NCBI GenBank assembly: GCA_902497145.1
Contig: CABVDR010000004.1
Coordinates: 15,459-79,458, forward strand
Length of the DNA: 64,000 nt
Reading direction: 5' to 3'
Origin: an uncultured Oscillospiraceae bacterium
Lineage (GTDB): Bacteria > Bacillota > Clostridia > Oscillospirales > Oscillospiraceae
The notes under the pieces: generated by a model
Told to the model about the DNA's origin: nothing
Seen by the model: only the letters and a program-made list of their open reading frames with translations
Databases searched by the model: none
Made by a program: the position numbers and the translations under genes
Part shown: positions 1 to 9,617 of the stretch, piece by piece
Position numbering within the stretch: the first letter of the stretch is position 1
Layout: the number at the start of each line of letters is the position of its first letter

Positions 1-86
1 AATTCCAGGAGAGGGCATTTTTATCATTTCTCGAAAAAGAAAGGTTATTCCCAGGCTTGGAAAGATTTGTTCCTTGAAAGCGGACC

Positions 87-144
87 TTGACACTGATGAG
101 GGAATGAATATAATAAGTATAGTTATAATAAGAATGCTTATTAT
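87..144 (+). promoter_or_regulatory. Sigma-A promoter and probable MarR operator
   Basis: TTGACA (87-92), 16-nt spacer, TATAAT (109-114). Inverted repeat ATAATAAG-aatg-CTTATTAT (125-144) lies just before the RBS GGAGG. Confidence 0.75.
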
Positions 145-157
145 GGAGGCGCACAGA

Positions 158-592
158 ATGAAATCCCTGCACTATCTGCTGATGAAAACCCATAGCAATG
201 TTAACCGCTGGATTCAGAGCCAGGCGGCGGCGTTAGGGTTGTCTCCCGGGCAGCCCAAGATTTTGGAGTGCCTCATGGCCCGGGGCGAGTGCAACCAGAA
301 GACCATCGCTGCCGACTGTGAGATCGAGCAGGCTACGGTGGGCTCCATCCTCTCCCGCATGGAGCGGGACGGACTGGTCTGCCGCACCCAACGAGAGGGT
401 AACCGCCGCTCTCTCTATGTCTCTCTTACCCCCCGGGGGCGGCAGCTGGGGGAGAAGATGCAGGCGGTGTTTCAGCAGGCAGACAGTATGGCCTGTGCTC
501 AGCTGACGCCGGAACAGCAGACTCAGTTGAAAAGCCTGCTGGAGACTGTGCTGAACTCGGTTGTGCCGGAGCGAAAGGGGGAGCCGGTATGA
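158..592 (+). CDS. MarR family transcriptional regulator
   Basis: Winged-HTH pattern QATVGSILSRMERDGLV..R.....NRRSLYVSLT. ATG at 158 follows GGAGG. Confidence 0.9.
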   Translation: MKSLHYLLMKTHSNVNRWIQSQAAALGLSPGQPKILECLMARGECNQKTIAADCEIEQATVGSILSRMERDGLVCRTQREGNRRSLYVSLTPRGRQLGEKMQAVFQQADSMACAQLTPEQQTQLKSLLETVLNSVVPERKGEPV

Positions 593-1236
593 AGACCCGT
601 GTCTTGGGACAGGTCAAGCGCTATGTGCTGCTGTGTGTCGGGCTGACCATCATGGCCTTTGGCGTGGCCTTTTCTATCAAAGCGGGGCTGGGCACCTCGC
701 CCATCTCCAGTCTGCCCTATGTGCTTAGTCTGCTGACGCCCCTCACGGTAGGTACTGCCACCACTGCCATGCATGTGGCTTTGATCTGCCTGCAAATTTT
801 GATGCTGCGCCGAAAATATGATCCCATCCAGCTCATGCAGCTGCCGGCGGCACTGATTTTCGGGGCTCTCACCGACTTCAGTGTGTGGGCCCTCCAGAGG
901 GTATCCGCCTCCTCCTACCCTATGCAGTGGGTACTGTGTGTGGTAGGGATCCTGTTGGTGGGTGTGGGGGTCAGCTTTGAGGTGACCGCCAACGTGGTCA
1001 CCCTGGCTGGCGAAGGGATGGTCCTGGCCCTGTGCAAGGCCTTTCCCTTAAAATTTGCCAACACGAAGGTGGGCTTTGATGTAACCCTGGTGGTCATCGC
1101 CAGCACCCTGTCCCTTCTCTTCCTGGGGCAGTTGGAAGGAGTGCGGGAGGGCACCGTGGCGGCGGCTCTCTGCGTGGGCGTGGTGGCCAAGCAGGTCAAC
1201 CGCCCCATGGCAGCCTTTGCCGAGCGGTATCTGTAA
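589..1236 (+). CDS. YczE/YitT-like membrane protein
   Basis: Multi-TM protein with AGLGTSPISS and GVREGTV motifs; overlaps the marR stop (ATGA). Confidence 0.8.
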   Translation: MKTRVLGQVKRYVLLCVGLTIMAFGVAFSIKAGLGTSPISSLPYVLSLLTPLTVGTATTAMHVALICLQILMLRRKYDPIQLMQLPAALIFGALTDFSVWALQRVSASSYPMQWVLCVVGILLVGVGVSFEVTANVVTLAGEGMVLALCKAFPLKFANTKVGFDVTLVVIASTLSLLFLGQLEGVREGTVAAALCVGVVAKQVNRPMAAFAERYL

Positions 1237-1362
1237 ACCACAGTCCAGCGGTCCGGATCCGGAGATAGCTTCCGTGTCCGGGCCGTCTTTTCATGGGCTG
1301 GGGAGTGTGGTACAATAAAAAACATATCCGATGTATCGCGCTGGAGGAAGAGGAGAGAGCCT

Positions 1363-1695
1363 ATGACCGAGTTTTCCTGCTGTAAACTGGAGATTTTCAT
1401 TCCTGAGAGCCACTTGTCTGCCCTGCAGCAGGCTCTGCGGGAGGTGGACGCGGGACATATCGGCAGCTACGACAGCTGCCTGTCTTATAGCCCTGTCACC
1501 AGCTGCTGGCGGCCTTTGAGCGGCAGTCAGCCCTACCTGGGGGAGGTGGGGGTATTGAGCACCGAGCCGGAGCTGAAGGTGGAGGTCACCTGCCGACGGG
1601 AGCGTTTGGAACAGACCCTGGCGGCGGTAAAGACGGTACACCCTTATGAGGAGCCGGTAATCAATGTCATCCCCCTGTATCAGGTGGGAATTTAA
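1363..1695 (+). CDS. Stand-alone YqfO/Nif3-type PII-like domain protein
   Basis: AGHIGSYDSC and HPYEEP motifs; RBS present. Confidence 0.7.
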   Translation: MTEFSCCKLEIFIPESHLSALQQALREVDAGHIGSYDSCLSYSPVTSCWRPLSGSQPYLGEVGVLSTEPELKVEVTCRRERLEQTLAAVKTVHPYEEPVINVIPLYQVGI

Positions 1696-1733
1696 AAAGC
1701 CGCCCGAAGGCGGCAGAGAAAGAAGGAACATTT

Positions 1734-2315
1734 ATGACCGGACGGTACATTGCTTTTGACGTGGAGACCCCAAACTACTCCAACAACCGCATGAGCGCCA
1801 TCGGGGTCACTGTGGTGGAGCACGGGGAGGTAGTGGAGCAGCATGACCATCTGGTCAACCCGGAGACCCAGTTTGCCCCGTTTCATATCGCCCTCACTGG
1901 TATTACCCCGGAGATGGTAGCGGACAAGCCGACCTTCTCTCAGCTCTGGCAGGAGCTGGAGCCGCTGTTTGACAGCGGCCTGCTGGTGGCCCATAATGCC
2001 CCCTTCGACCTGTCGGTGCTGGCAAAGTGCCTGCGGGACTACGGAATTGTCTGGAGGCCCCGAGTTCACTACGCCTGCACCTGCCAGATGAGCCGCCGCC
2101 TGCTTCCCCAGCTGCCCAACCACAAGCTGAACACCTTGTGTGATTTCCTGGGGCTGGAGCTGGACCACCACCGGGCAGGCAGCGACAGCCTGGCCTGTGG
2201 GGAGATCCTTCTGCACCACCTGCGTGCCGGTGCCGATTTAAAGCCGTTTATCCGCACCTACGACCTGCTCCAGATCCGGGCAGCCGGTCCGGCCAGCCTG
2301 GGATCACGCTGCTAG
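1734..2315 (+). CDS. DEDDh 3'-5' exonuclease (DNA Pol III epsilon-like)
   Basis: FDVET (ExoI), AHNAPFD (ExoII), HHRAGSD (ExoIII). Confidence 0.9.
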   Translation: MTGRYIAFDVETPNYSNNRMSAIGVTVVEHGEVVEQHDHLVNPETQFAPFHIALTGITPEMVADKPTFSQLWQELEPLFDSGLLVAHNAPFDLSVLAKCLRDYGIVWRPRVHYACTCQMSRRLLPQLPNHKLNTLCDFLGLELDHHRAGSDSLACGEILLHHLRAGADLKPFIRTYDLLQIRAAGPASLGSRC

Positions 2316-3695
2316 AGATCGGTAGGTGGAGCGGATCATCACCACGGCGATCAGGAAGGTCAAAAGATCGGAGACCGGCATGGAGTAGAGCACGCCGTCC
2401 AGTCCGAAGAAAATAGGCAGCAGCAGGGCAAAGCCCACACCGAAAACCACCTCGCGCACGGTAGACAGCACTGTGGAGGCCAGCGCCTTGCCCAGAGATT
2501 GCAAATAGATGAAGGTGCCCTTGTTGACGCAGGCCAGAACCATCATACACAGATAAATGCGGAAGGATTTGATGGCAAAGGATGTGTAGTAGGTGCTCTC
2601 GTTGGCTGCGCCGAAGATGGAGATGAGCGGAACAGGGAAGCACTCCACAATGACCAGGGCCACTGCACCCACAGCAGCCTCGGCCACCAGCAGGTGGGTA
2701 AACAGGCTTTTGGCCCGGTCCTTCCGGCCAGCGCCGATATTAAAGCCCACAATAGGGATGCAGCCTGCGGCCATGCCCACGGCGATGGAAATGACGATCT
2801 GGAAGAACTTCATCACAATCCCTACCACGGCCATGGGGATCTGGGCGTACTGGGTTTGGCCGAAGATGGGATCCAGTGCACCGTACTGCCGGATCATGTT
2901 GTTGATGGCGGCCATGGCAGCCACCAGGGAGATCTGGGAGAGCAGGCTGCACAGGCCTAAGGGGATGAATTTCCCAATCAGTGTCCTGCGCAGGCGGAAG
3001 CTGTCTTTGCACAGGGAGACCGCCCGCATGTGGCATAGATACCAGATGGCGAGAATGGCCGTGAGGATCTGTCCCAGCACAGTAGCCACTGCCGCGCCCA
3101 TCATCCCCCATTTGCAGCCAAAGATGAAGATCGGGTCCAAAATGATGTTTACCACTGCGCCGGCCAGAGTGGAGGCCATGGCAAATTTGGGGCTTCCATC
3201 AGAGCGGATGATGGGGTTCATGGCCTGCCCAAACATATAAAAGGGCACCCCCAGGGTAATATAGAAAAAGTATTCCTTGGAACGCTGAAAGGTCTCTTCG
3301 TTGACCCGGCCGCCGAACATAGACAGGATGGGTTCCTGTGCCACCAGGTAGACTGCGGTGAGCAGGATGCTGGCAATCAGGCAGAGAACAATGGCGTTGC
3401 CAATGCTCCGGTGGGCATTCTCCTTCTGATTTGCCCCCAGGCAGATGCTCACAAAGGCACAGCAGCCGTCGCCGATCAGTACGGCCACCGCCAGGGCCAC
3501 TACGGTCAGAGGAAAGACCACTGTGTTGGCCGCATTGCCGTAGGAGCCCAAATAGGTGGCATTGGCAATGAAGATCTGGTCGACAATGTTGTATAGTGCC
3601 GCCACCAGCAGCGAGATGATGCAGGGAACGGCATATTTGCACATCAGCGTTCCCACAGGTTCCGTCTCCAGAAAAGAGTTTGATTTCTGACCCAT
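2304..3695 (-). CDS. MATE family efflux transporter (MepA-like)
   Basis: ALYNIVDQIFI, NIILDPIFIF, GAAVAT motifs; about 12 TM segments. Confidence 0.92.
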   Translation of the reverse strand: MGQKSNSFLETEPVGTLMCKYAVPCIISLLVAALYNIVDQIFIANATYLGSYGNAANTVVFPLTVVALAVAVLIGDGCCAFVSICLGANQKENAHRSIGNAIVLCLIASILLTAVYLVAQEPILSMFGGRVNEETFQRSKEYFFYITLGVPFYMFGQAMNPIIRSDGSPKFAMASTLAGAVVNIILDPIFIFGCKWGMMGAAVATVLGQILTAILAIWYLCHMRAVSLCKDSFRLRRTLIGKFIPLGLCSLLSQISLVAAMAAINNMIRQYGALDPIFGQTQYAQIPMAVVGIVMKFFQIVISIAVGMAAGCIPIVGFNIGAGRKDRAKSLFTHLLVAEAAVGAVALVIVECFPVPLISIFGAANESTYYTSFAIKSFRIYLCMMVLACVNKGTFIYLQSLGKALASTVLSTVREVVFGVGFALLLPIFFGLDGVLYSMPVSDLLTFLIAVVMIRSTYRSLAA

Positions 3696-3712
3696 GTTGA
3701 ATCCCTCCAAAG

Positions 3713-3855
3713 AAAAAACAAGCGTGCAGCCAAGCTGGATTTATGCCATAGGCTACACGCTTTCATCAAAAAAACGTGCAGCTTTCAACCGGATTTACGC
3801 CGATCAAAGCTACACGTTGTATTTTTATTATAACGAAGGAATTTTTAAATTTCAA
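3713..3855 (-). promoter_or_regulatory. Promoter plus 5' leader made of two tandem terminator-like hairpins
   Basis: Minus-strand TTGAAA (3855-3850), 17 nt, TATAAT (3832-3827). Hairpins at 3773-3818 and 3720-3762 are each followed by a U-tract. Confidence 0.75.
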
Positions 3856-3897
3856 AGGTGGTTTTGAACAAATTTTTTGGATGTGGGAGGTGGCTCC

Positions 3898-4644
3898 TTA
3901 TTCCGGACAGCGGTAGCGGGGTTTGCCGCGGCTGGCTTTTCCGTACTCAATGGCCTGGGCGGGGCAGCTGCAAATACACGCCATGCAGTGGGTGCAGTTC
4001 TTCCCCCACACAGGCTTGCCGGACTCTATGCGGATGTTGCCCAGGGGACACAGAGAGGCACATTTCCCGCAGGAGATGCAGGCGTTGGATACGGTAAATG
4101 GGTCGGATTTCACACAAAAACGGTAGAATAGACGGTTGACCAGCCCGGATTTCAATCCGTCCAGAGCCCCGGTTTTCACAGGCGGGAAATCCTTGCCGTT
4201 CCGGATGCAGGCAATCCCCTGTTCCAGAGTGGGGTGGGCGGCGGCGATAATTTTTTTAGCCTCCTCCGGCTCCGGAGCATGGAACATGGCGATGTAGTTT
4301 TCCGGCATGATAACCGGAAGGGTGCCCCGGTAGTGAAATCCCTTCTCTTGACAAAGTATCTGGTTGCCCAGAGCGGCTTTCCCAATGTCACTGCCGCAGG
4401 TCATGACAAAGTAGGCGTCCTGACTGCCGGAGAAGCGGCCAGAGCGGATGATCTCCGTGAATACCCGGGGCAGCTGCCAGCTGTACGTGGGGGCTACAAA
4501 GATCCATGGGGTGAGGGAGGAGAGCTCTGGTGCGATGCCATCCCGAATGAAGTGGAAGGCGTCCTGACAAGCGTCCTGAAGCTGGGCGGCAATCTGCTGG
4601 GCGCAGTAACGGCTGTTGCCGGTGCCGGTAAAATAAAAGACCAT
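3898..4644 (-). CDS. EFR1-type flavodoxin/ferredoxin protein
   Basis: N-terminal FTGTGNS flavodoxin loop; two CxxCxxCxxxCP motifs at the C-terminus. Confidence 0.88.
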   Translation of the reverse strand: MVFYFTGTGNSRYCAQQIAAQLQDACQDAFHFIRDGIAPELSSLTPWIFVAPTYSWQLPRVFTEIIRSGRFSGSQDAYFVMTCGSDIGKAALGNQILCQEKGFHYRGTLPVIMPENYIAMFHAPEPEEAKKIIAAAHPTLEQGIACIRNGKDFPPVKTGALDGLKSGLVNRLFYRFCVKSDPFTVSNACISCGKCASLCPLGNIRIESGKPVWGKNCTHCMACICSCPAQAIEYGKASRGKPRYRCPE

Positions 4645-4726
4645 AATGGGTCACCTCCATTCAAATGGACTTTCAGTATAACAGATTTTTTCTCCTGTGG
4701 GAATGGGAAATAAGGCAAGACGAGAA

Positions 4727-4758
4727 AAAGAGCGGCCTGGGTTTCCAGGCCGCTCTTT
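4727..4758 (-). terminator. Intrinsic terminator of the mgl operon
   Basis: AAAGAGCGGCCTGG-gttt-CCAGGCCGCTCTTT perfect stem. Confidence 0.85.
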
Positions 4759-4777
4759 CTGCGGTTTGCGGAGAAGA

Positions 4778-6430
4778 TTACTTCTTCTGTACGTACTTCA
4801 AGCAGTCCAGAGTCACAGCTACCAGAATGATGATACCGGAGAAGACGAACTGCAGGTTGGTGTCGATGCCCAGGATGGTCAGGGAGTAGGTCAGAGCGGT
4901 GAAGATGAACACACCCACAACCACGCCGGAGATCTTACCGATGCCGCCGGTGAAGGAGATGCCGCCCACCACGCAGGCCGCGATGGCGTCCATTTCCCAG
5001 CCCTGTCCGTAAGCAGCGGAGCCGGAGCCCACCATGCGGATACACTCCAGCCAGGAGCCGAAGCCATACAAAATGCCGGCCAGGACGAAGGCGCCTACGG
5101 TGACCAGGAACACGGAGATACCGGACACAGAAGCAGCCTCAGGGTTGCCGCCCACAGCGTACAGGTTCTTGCCGAAGGTGGTCTTGTTCCAGATAAACCA
5201 TACGATGATCACAGCCGCCACAGCCCACAGAATGATGGTGGGGAACTTACCGATGCGGGGGATGATCATGTTGGGAATGCTGGCATCAATGGCACCGAAG
5301 GAGACGCCCTTGGTGGAGTAGGTGACCAAGCCGAAGATGACCAGCATGTTGGCCATGGTGGAAATAAAGGGGTGCATCTTGAACTTGGCGGTGAAGAAAC
5401 CGGCGATGGTGGTGAATACGGTGCACAGCACGATACAAACCACCAGAGCCAGGAGAACGCGGGCCGCCACGGGCAGACCGGTGAAGTCAAAGATATGACC
5501 AAACACGGAGCCGGTGTTGATGCCCTGGTGCATGATGATGGTAGCTGCCGTCATGCCCATGCCGACCATACGGCCGATGGACAGGTCGGTGCCGGCCAGC
5601 AGGATCAGGCCGGCCACGCCAAGGGCCAGGAACATTCTGGGGGAGGCCTGCTGCAGGATGTTCAGCACGTTGTTGACTGTCAGCAGCTGGGTATCCTTGA
5701 CGATGGGGGTGATGATACAAAGGGCGATGAAAATAACAATGATGGCCAGGTACAGACCGTTTTTCAGGAAAAAGTCCCGGCGATTGAATGTGTACTTGTA
5801 GTTTTCCCACTTCTGGGCCATCGTCTCGCCGAAGGTGAATTTGGACATGCGCAGCATATCAATGAGGTGATACTTGTAGTCAAAGGCGGCGTGCTGCCGA
5901 TCCTTGACCTGCTGCAGATCCTGAGCCAACTGCATCTTGGCGTCGAAGAGACGGTTTTTATGGACGTACTTCTCGTCCTTGATCTCCTGCTGATCGGAGA
6001 GCTTTGCCATGGTAGCCTGATGCTCCTTGTTGAGCTCAGCCACCGCCGCCTGATACTTTGCCTGAGCCGCTGCCTTCTCATTGCGGCAGCTGGCCAGAAG
6101 GGGCTGATAGTACTCCGCGTCGTAGTGGGCTTTCAGGTAGCTCTCAGCGTCAGTAATCAGCTTGGCAATCTCGTCCTTGTTCTTGGCCTCGACTGCCTTA
6201 GCCGCCTCCAGCTCTTTTTTAAGCTGAGCGGACCGGGTTTCCTTCTCCTGAGCGGTGTAGATGCGGTCCCGCTTCAGGTTGTCCAGGCTGCTTTGGATGT
6301 CAATGACCCTGTCAGTGCCATCGACACGCAGAGCGTCGATTTTCTCTTGAATGCCGCCGACATAATCGTCGATGGGCTGGCGCAGCTTCAGTTCCTGCTC
6401 CGCCGTAAGAATTTTGTTTTCTGTTGCCAT
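4778..6430 (-). CDS. mglC: Galactoside ABC transporter permease with long N-terminal coiled-coil extension
   Basis: C-terminal sugar permease (GTDLSIGR, YAVGGNPEAASVSGI, AIAACVVGG) preceded by about 220 aa of helical soluble sequence. Confidence 0.85.
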   Translation of the reverse strand: MATENKILTAEQELKLRQPIDDYVGGIQEKIDALRVDGTDRVIDIQSSLDNLKRDRIYTAQEKETRSAQLKKELEAAKAVEAKNKDEIAKLITDAESYLKAHYDAEYYQPLLASCRNEKAAAQAKYQAAVAELNKEHQATMAKLSDQQEIKDEKYVHKNRLFDAKMQLAQDLQQVKDRQHAAFDYKYHLIDMLRMSKFTFGETMAQKWENYKYTFNRRDFFLKNGLYLAIIVIFIALCIITPIVKDTQLLTVNNVLNILQQASPRMFLALGVAGLILLAGTDLSIGRMVGMGMTAATIIMHQGINTGSVFGHIFDFTGLPVAARVLLALVVCIVLCTVFTTIAGFFTAKFKMHPFISTMANMLVIFGLVTYSTKGVSFGAIDASIPNMIIPRIGKFPTIILWAVAAVIIVWFIWNKTTFGKNLYAVGGNPEAASVSGISVFLVTVGAFVLAGILYGFGSWLECIRMVGSGSAAYGQGWEMDAIAACVVGGISFTGGIGKISGVVVGVFIFTALTYSLTILGIDTNLQFVFSGIIILVAVTLDCLKYVQKK

Positions 6431-6445
6431 ATGCAATATCTCCCG

Positions 6446-7954
6446 TTATAGGTATTTTGCACTGAGCCGCAAAAGCTCTTCCTGATCGGTCTCCTTGGTG
6501 TTCACGATGCCGGAGAGATGTCCGTTGGACATGACGCCGATACGGTTGGTGATGCCCAGAATCTCGGGCATCTCGGAGGAGACCACGATGATGGTCTTGC
6601 CCTGCTTGGCCATTTGGATGATCAGCTCGTAAATTTCGTACTTGGCGCCCACGTCGATGCCGCGGGTAGGTTCATCCATCATAAAGACCTGGGGTTCCCG
6701 CTCCAGCCACTTGCCGAAGATTACCTTCTGCTGGTTGCCGCCGGAGAGGCTGGAGATCATATCGTCCGGGCCCATGCACTTGGTGCGCATGACCTTGATC
6801 TCCTTGTTGGTGGCCTTGACCATCTTGGGATTGGAGAGGGCCACGCCGGTTTTGTACTGCTTCAAACTGGCAATGGTGGTATTGAAGGTGAGGTCGCACT
6901 TCAGGAACAGGCCGTTGGCCTTGCGTTCCTCGGTAATCATAGCGAACCCGTGTTCAATGGCCTCCTTGGCCGAATTGAAGTTCATCAAGCGGTTTTTAAA
7001 GTAGACACGGCCCGCCGCACGGGTACGAACGCCAAAGATGGTCTCCAGCAGCTCGGTACGGCCGGCGCCTACCAGGCCATACAGGCCGAAAATTTCGCCT
7101 TCTTTTACATCGAAGGTCACATCCTGCAAATGAGGGGCGTACTTGGTGGAGAGGTGCTGGACGGACAAAATGGTGTCGCCCGGCGTGTTGTCCACCGGAG
7201 GGAAGCGGCTCTCCAGAGAACGGCCGACCATGGCGGAGATCAGCTCGTTCATGTTGGTGTCCTTGGAAGGTTTGGTCATGACCAGGTTGCCGTCCCGCAG
7301 AACGGAGATCTCATCGCAGATCTCAAAAATCTCATCCATCTTGTGAGAAATGTAGATCAGCGCGATTCCCTGGGACTTGAGCATCCGCATCATTTCAAAG
7401 AGCTTGTCAACCTCCTGCACCGTCAGGGAGGAGGTGGGCTCATCCAGAACAATCACCTGGGAGTTGTAGGAGATTGCCTTGGCAATCTCGCACATCTGCC
7501 GCTGAGAAACGGACATGTTCCGCATAGGCTGAGTCAGGTTGACAGTCATACCTAATTTCCGGAACAGCTCGGAAGCTTTCTTTTTCATGCCGCCTTCGTC
7601 TACCACGCCAACAGAGTTGGTGGGGTAGCGGCCCAGGAACAGGTTGTCAATAACGTTGCGTTCCAGGCACTGGTTCAGCTCCTGGTGAACCATGGCGATT
7701 CCGTTTTCCAAGGCGTCCTTGGGGCCGGAAAAGTTAATTTCCTTGCCGTTTAAGTAAATTTTTCCCTCGTCCTTCTGATAAGTACCGAACAGGCACTTCA
7801 TCATTGTCGATTTTCCGGCGCCGTTCTCGCCCATCAGACCCATAACGGTTCCCCGCTTGATGTCCAGGTTGATGTGGTCGAGCACCCGGTTTCGACCGAA
7901 AGACTTGCTCATACCTCGTATTGACAGGACAATATCGTCTTTCGCATCTGCCAT
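6446..7954 (-). CDS. mglA: Sugar ABC transporter ATP-binding protein (two NBDs)
   Basis: GENGAGKST, LDEPT, LSGGNQQK, DEPTRGIDVGAK. Confidence 0.92.
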   Translation of the reverse strand: MADAKDDIVLSIRGMSKSFGRNRVLDHINLDIKRGTVMGLMGENGAGKSTMMKCLFGTYQKDEGKIYLNGKEINFSGPKDALENGIAMVHQELNQCLERNVIDNLFLGRYPTNSVGVVDEGGMKKKASELFRKLGMTVNLTQPMRNMSVSQRQMCEIAKAISYNSQVIVLDEPTSSLTVQEVDKLFEMMRMLKSQGIALIYISHKMDEIFEICDEISVLRDGNLVMTKPSKDTNMNELISAMVGRSLESRFPPVDNTPGDTILSVQHLSTKYAPHLQDVTFDVKEGEIFGLYGLVGAGRTELLETIFGVRTRAAGRVYFKNRLMNFNSAKEAIEHGFAMITEERKANGLFLKCDLTFNTTIASLKQYKTGVALSNPKMVKATNKEIKVMRTKCMGPDDMISSLSGGNQQKVIFGKWLEREPQVFMMDEPTRGIDVGAKYEIYELIIQMAKQGKTIIVVSSEMPEILGITNRIGVMSNGHLSGIVNTKETDQEELLRLSAKYL

Positions 7955-8027
7955 TCTAGTTACTCCCGTTTCAATAGTCGCAGTTTCAGCGAAAAAACTG
8001 ATTCTGCCGTATTTTTGATCCTAAAGG

Positions 8028-8103
8028 GGCTATTAGGGAGAAGGCCTTCTGCCGAACGGAGACTGTTTTCCTCCCGAACGGAGAATTCCTTCTCCCCAAT
8101 AGC
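8028..8103 (-). promoter_or_regulatory. Intercistronic stem-loop after the binding-protein gene
   Basis: GCTATTAGGGAGAAGG pairs with CCTTCTCCCCAATAGC; position typical of an mRNA-stabilising element or partial terminator in ABC operons. Confidence 0.5.
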
Positions 8104-8150
8104 AATCAGTTCTTACTTGTCAGCAGATCGGTTGGATCTGCACTGCCGAA

Positions 8151-9437
8151 TTACTGGTTCAGCAGGGTGGTGTAGGAAGAGGCGTTGTCGGTCTTCACCA
8201 TGTTGATGGCGAAAGCGTCATACTGGCTGGGATTGCCCAGACGGTTGGTGATGTTGGACTCGGTCTGGCCGTCGCCGGCGATGTACTCGACCTTCAGGTT
8301 CAGCAGGTCATCGTACTTCTGCAGCAGGGGCTGATAGGTGGAGCCCAGGAAGTTATCGGCGGCGTTGTAGATGTTCAGCCACACGGACTTCTGGGGGTGA
8401 GCAGTGGAGTCCAGCTGGTTGGAGACAGGAGCGTAGGTCACGGTGGAGTCCAGGAAGTCCTTGTAGTTCTCCGCAGTGACAGCCACGTTCAGAGCGTAGT
8501 AGGAGCGCTCGTCGGCCACATACTTGTACACGTCGGAGCTGAGCACGTTGCCCGCGTCATCCTCGGTGCCGATGCCGGTGTCGATGTCCACGCCGTCCAG
8601 AGCGTTGCGCAGAACACGCAGAGTCAGGTAAGCCTGCACGTCAGCGTGCTGGCTGATGGTGCCGCCGTAACCATTCTCGATGGCAGCCACGGCGTCGGAG
8701 TTGGCGTCATAGCCGAAGGTGGGAACCTTGTTGGCCTGAGACCAAGCGTTGAACATGGACATGCCCATGCCGTCGTTGTTGGAGGCCACGATGTCGATCT
8801 GCTCACCGAAGGAGGCGGACCAAGTGTTGATGGCGTTGCCGGCGGTGGCGGCGTCCCAAGTGGCGCCGGCGGAGTTCTTCATCTCCTGAGAGGCCAGCTC
8901 ACGCACGGTGTAGGTCTTGCCGTTGATCTCCAGCTTGCCGTCCTGAACAGCAGTGGCAGTGCCGTCTACGTTGGTGCCGACAGGATCGCTGACCACAGCG
9001 CCGTCCTTCTCCACGGCAGTGCCCAGAGCGGAGCGGACGCCGCGGGTACGGGCGATGGAATCGTTGTGGCCGATGTCGCCGATGGCCAGCACGTAGCCGA
9101 TGATGCCGTCGCCGTTGCGGTCAATCTCATCAATATGAGCAGTGATGTAATCCTTGATCATGGTGCCCTGGAGCTCCGCGCCCTGGTTGGCGTCGAATCC
9201 CACGTAGTAGGTGTTGTCGTTGAACTGAAGGGCGTTCATGTCCAGCTCGCCGGTGGAGCTGTTGGAGGGCTGGCGGTTGAACCAAACAAGGGGCTTATCC
9301 TTGTTGGCCACAGTGGAGGCGCTGGTGTTGCCGGAACCGGAACCAGAGGTGGAACCGGAGCCGTCGCCGCTGCTGCCGCAGGCGGCCAGACCCAGGAGCA
9401 TGGTAGCGGCCAGGGTCAGTGCAAGAGCTTTTTTCAT
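8151..9437 (-). CDS. mglB: Galactose/glucose-binding lipoprotein, circularly permuted
   Basis: Lipobox LAAC; MglB motifs PLVWFNRQP, YYVGFD, DRNGDG Ca loop, WDAA, SNNDGM. The segment IYNAADNF...AINMV sits at the C-terminus. Confidence 0.85.
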   Translation of the reverse strand: MKKALALTLAATMLLGLAACGSSGDGSGSTSGSGSGNTSASTVANKDKPLVWFNRQPSNSSTGELDMNALQFNDNTYYVGFDANQGAELQGTMIKDYITAHIDEIDRNGDGIIGYVLAIGDIGHNDSIARTRGVRSALGTAVEKDGAVVSDPVGTNVDGTATAVQDGKLEINGKTYTVRELASQEMKNSAGATWDAATAGNAINTWSASFGEQIDIVASNNDGMGMSMFNAWSQANKVPTFGYDANSDAVAAIENGYGGTISQHADVQAYLTLRVLRNALDGVDIDTGIGTEDDAGNVLSSDVYKYVADERSYYALNVAVTAENYKDFLDSTVTYAPVSNQLDSTAHPQKSVWLNIYNAADNFLGSTYQPLLQKYDDLLNLKVEYIAGDGQTESNITNRLGNPSQYDAFAINMVKTDNASSYTTLLNQ

Positions 9438-9617
9438 AGTCATTCTCCTTTTCTGTGTAATTTGTACAGAGTTCTTCGCTTGAACTCCATCTCACATGTT
9501 TAATTTTATTAAAAGATGGAAGGAAAAACAAGTATAAAAATCACCGAAAGGAGGGTAAAAACTTATGCTAATAAGACAACCTGTAAAAAATTTAAGGAAT
9601 GAAATTGTGCATTTTCA

